This document shows, piece by piece, positions 62,491 through 64,000 of a DNA stretch of 64,000 nucleotides. How positions within the stretch are numbered: position 1 is the stretch's first letter; every line of letters starts with the position of its first letter. Source of the DNA: Octopus bimaculoides. Its lineage: Eukaryota. The position numbers and the translations under genes were made by a program. A model generated the notes under the pieces. The model did no database searches and was not told the origin of the DNA. It saw only the letters and a list, made by a program, of their open reading frames with translations. The stretch covers positions 18,298,569 through 18,362,568 of the forward strand of contig NC_069001.1 of assembly GCF_001194135.2 (NCBI RefSeq), written 5' to 3'.

Positions 62491-63522
62491 ATTTAGTTTG
62501 ATGCACTGTATCATTTTCTTTGAGAAAATGCCAAATATTTCAAACACCAAATAGAGAAGTCAAATCCTGTCATCGACATTTCAATGTTTCACAATGCTGG
62601 GTCTTTAATATTTTTTTGCCACTTGAGGTGACAGGAGATGTTGGAGCATGACATGAAACCCATTTCTGTCCCTTCTATAAATTAGGAGATGAAATCAATT
62701 TATTTTCCAGTAGTTATTTAACCCAAGGTCAGCTATCATCAGGCAAAATTATGATCAACTGGAAATGCTCCAGCCATAACCATCCTGTTGTTTGGTATGT
62801 CTATCCTGTTGCCCTGCTAACATTCCACATGTTTTTTGGGATGGTCATAAATGGGAAGATAAAGTTGAGCAAATCCAAGCAACTCACTGAGTGCTGTGTC
62901 CTTCCTTTTAGATCGTAGTAGCATGTGAAAGAAGGGGAATTTACCTGCCATGTCTAGAATACTGTTGATTAGCCTTAGGTCAGCCCTGATCGAACAGACC
63001 CACATATGTTGTTTTAATAAGAAATAAAGAGAGCTTTCTGAAAAATCAGTTTCCAGTTTTCTACAGTCAGAAAATAAAGACATAAACACAATATATGTAC
63101 ATATACACATATATACGCNNNNNNNNNNNNNNNNNNNNNNNNNNNNNNNNNNNNNNNNNNNNNNNNNNNNNNNNNNNNNNNNNNNNNNNNNNNNNNNNNN
63201 NNNNNNNNNNNNNNNNNNNNNNNNNNNNNNNNNNNNNNNNNNNNNNNNNNNNNNNNNNNNNNNNNNNNNNNNNNNNNNNNNNNNNNNNNNNNNNNNNNNN
63301 NNNNNNNNNNNNNNNNNNNNNNNNNNNNNNNNNNNNNNNNNNNNNNNNNNNNNNNNNNNNNNNNNNNNNNNNNNNNNNNNNNNNNNNNNNNNNNNNNNNN
63401 NNNNNNNNNNNNNNNNNNNNNNNNNNNNNNNNNNNNNNNNNNNNNNNNNNNNNNNNNNNNNNNNNNNNNNNNNNNNNNNNNNNNNNNNNNNNNNNNNNNN
63501 NNNNNNNNNNNNNNNNNNNNNN

Positions 63523-63790
63523 TAACAGGTGACAACAAAATATCCAGACAGTTAGACGATACAAAAAAGGACAGGAAAAAAACAAGGATGGGTCATTCTC
63601 GGAGTTTTCTATCTTCAGTTGAGTTCCAGATTTTCTCAGCAGTTTTGGCCAGTTACAGTCGAGACTGCTCCAATCTGGCCAGCCCCAAGAAAATCTAAGC
63701 TAAGAACACAAGATTCCTTGGAAGAAAGCAAGTGAATGTATACAAAAACAAGGACGAAAAAGAACGGAGAAATAGTACACAAATACAAAT
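63523..63790 (+). repeat. Second copy of the 16430-16700 repeat
   Basis: Same ordered motifs. Also preceded by a TA-rich tract and a gap. Confidence 0.85.
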
Positions 63791-64000
63791 ACAAACAACA
63801 GGACATTAACAACAGGTGTCTTTCGACTAAGGACAAATGAAAGTAAGCTGGCGTGTGTGGAAGTGAAGCCTTACAGCAGGGACGTAAGAGATGAAAGTCA
63901 TGGGAAGGAATATAGATGTTGCACAGATGGTAGTCGAACCAAGAAAGAACACCGGTCATGTGGAAGGAGAGGAGAGAGGTAGGGGCAGAGGGATAGAAGA

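Noticed and set aside
17471-63585. Long ORFs containing X runs (e.g. 17471-18481, 23713-24881, 36972-37619, 50051-50695, 63014-63585)
   Set aside because: Artefacts of translating N gaps.
1-64000. A novel multi-gene biological system or CRISPR-like array
   Set aside because: No intact novel ORFs, no operon-like organisation, and no repeat-spacer array with unique spacers. All long coding remnants match known TE protein families.

Overview
A 64-kb AT-rich animal genomic window with 13 assembly gaps, made almost entirely of decayed transposable elements and microsatellites. From memory, the SINE and RTE-tail sequences resemble octopus (coleoid cephalopod) repeats; I could not confirm this with a search. 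I found no complete host protein-coding gene, no CRISPR array and nothing I can support as a new biological system. Identifiable contents: RTE, R4/Dong-like, Tx1/L1-like and Penelope retroelements; two Mag-type Gypsy LTR elements; maT (DD37D), mariner (DD34D), hAT and MULE transposase remnants; a MITE; a Helitron-like fragment; many tRNA-derived SINEs; and a degraded 28S rRNA fragment. The best-supported structure is a Gypsy element (3865-8104) with both LTRs, PBS, PPT and a 5-bp TSD, nested in an R4/Dong LINE. The observations most worth following up are: (1) two hAT transposase halves that join codon-to-codon but lie 7.8 kb apart on opposite strands, implying an inversion or a mis-oriented contig; (2) a CpG-retaining, promoter-like block at about 28.1-31.5 kb with a candidate coding exon; (3) a perfect 41-bp hairpin at 31250-31335; (4) a degenerate hammerhead-ribozyme-like motif near a Penelope element; and (5) modular hairpin repeats in RTE 3' UTRs. 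Most element boundaries were judged by eye and are approximate (tens of bp) unless a TSD or TIR is quoted.
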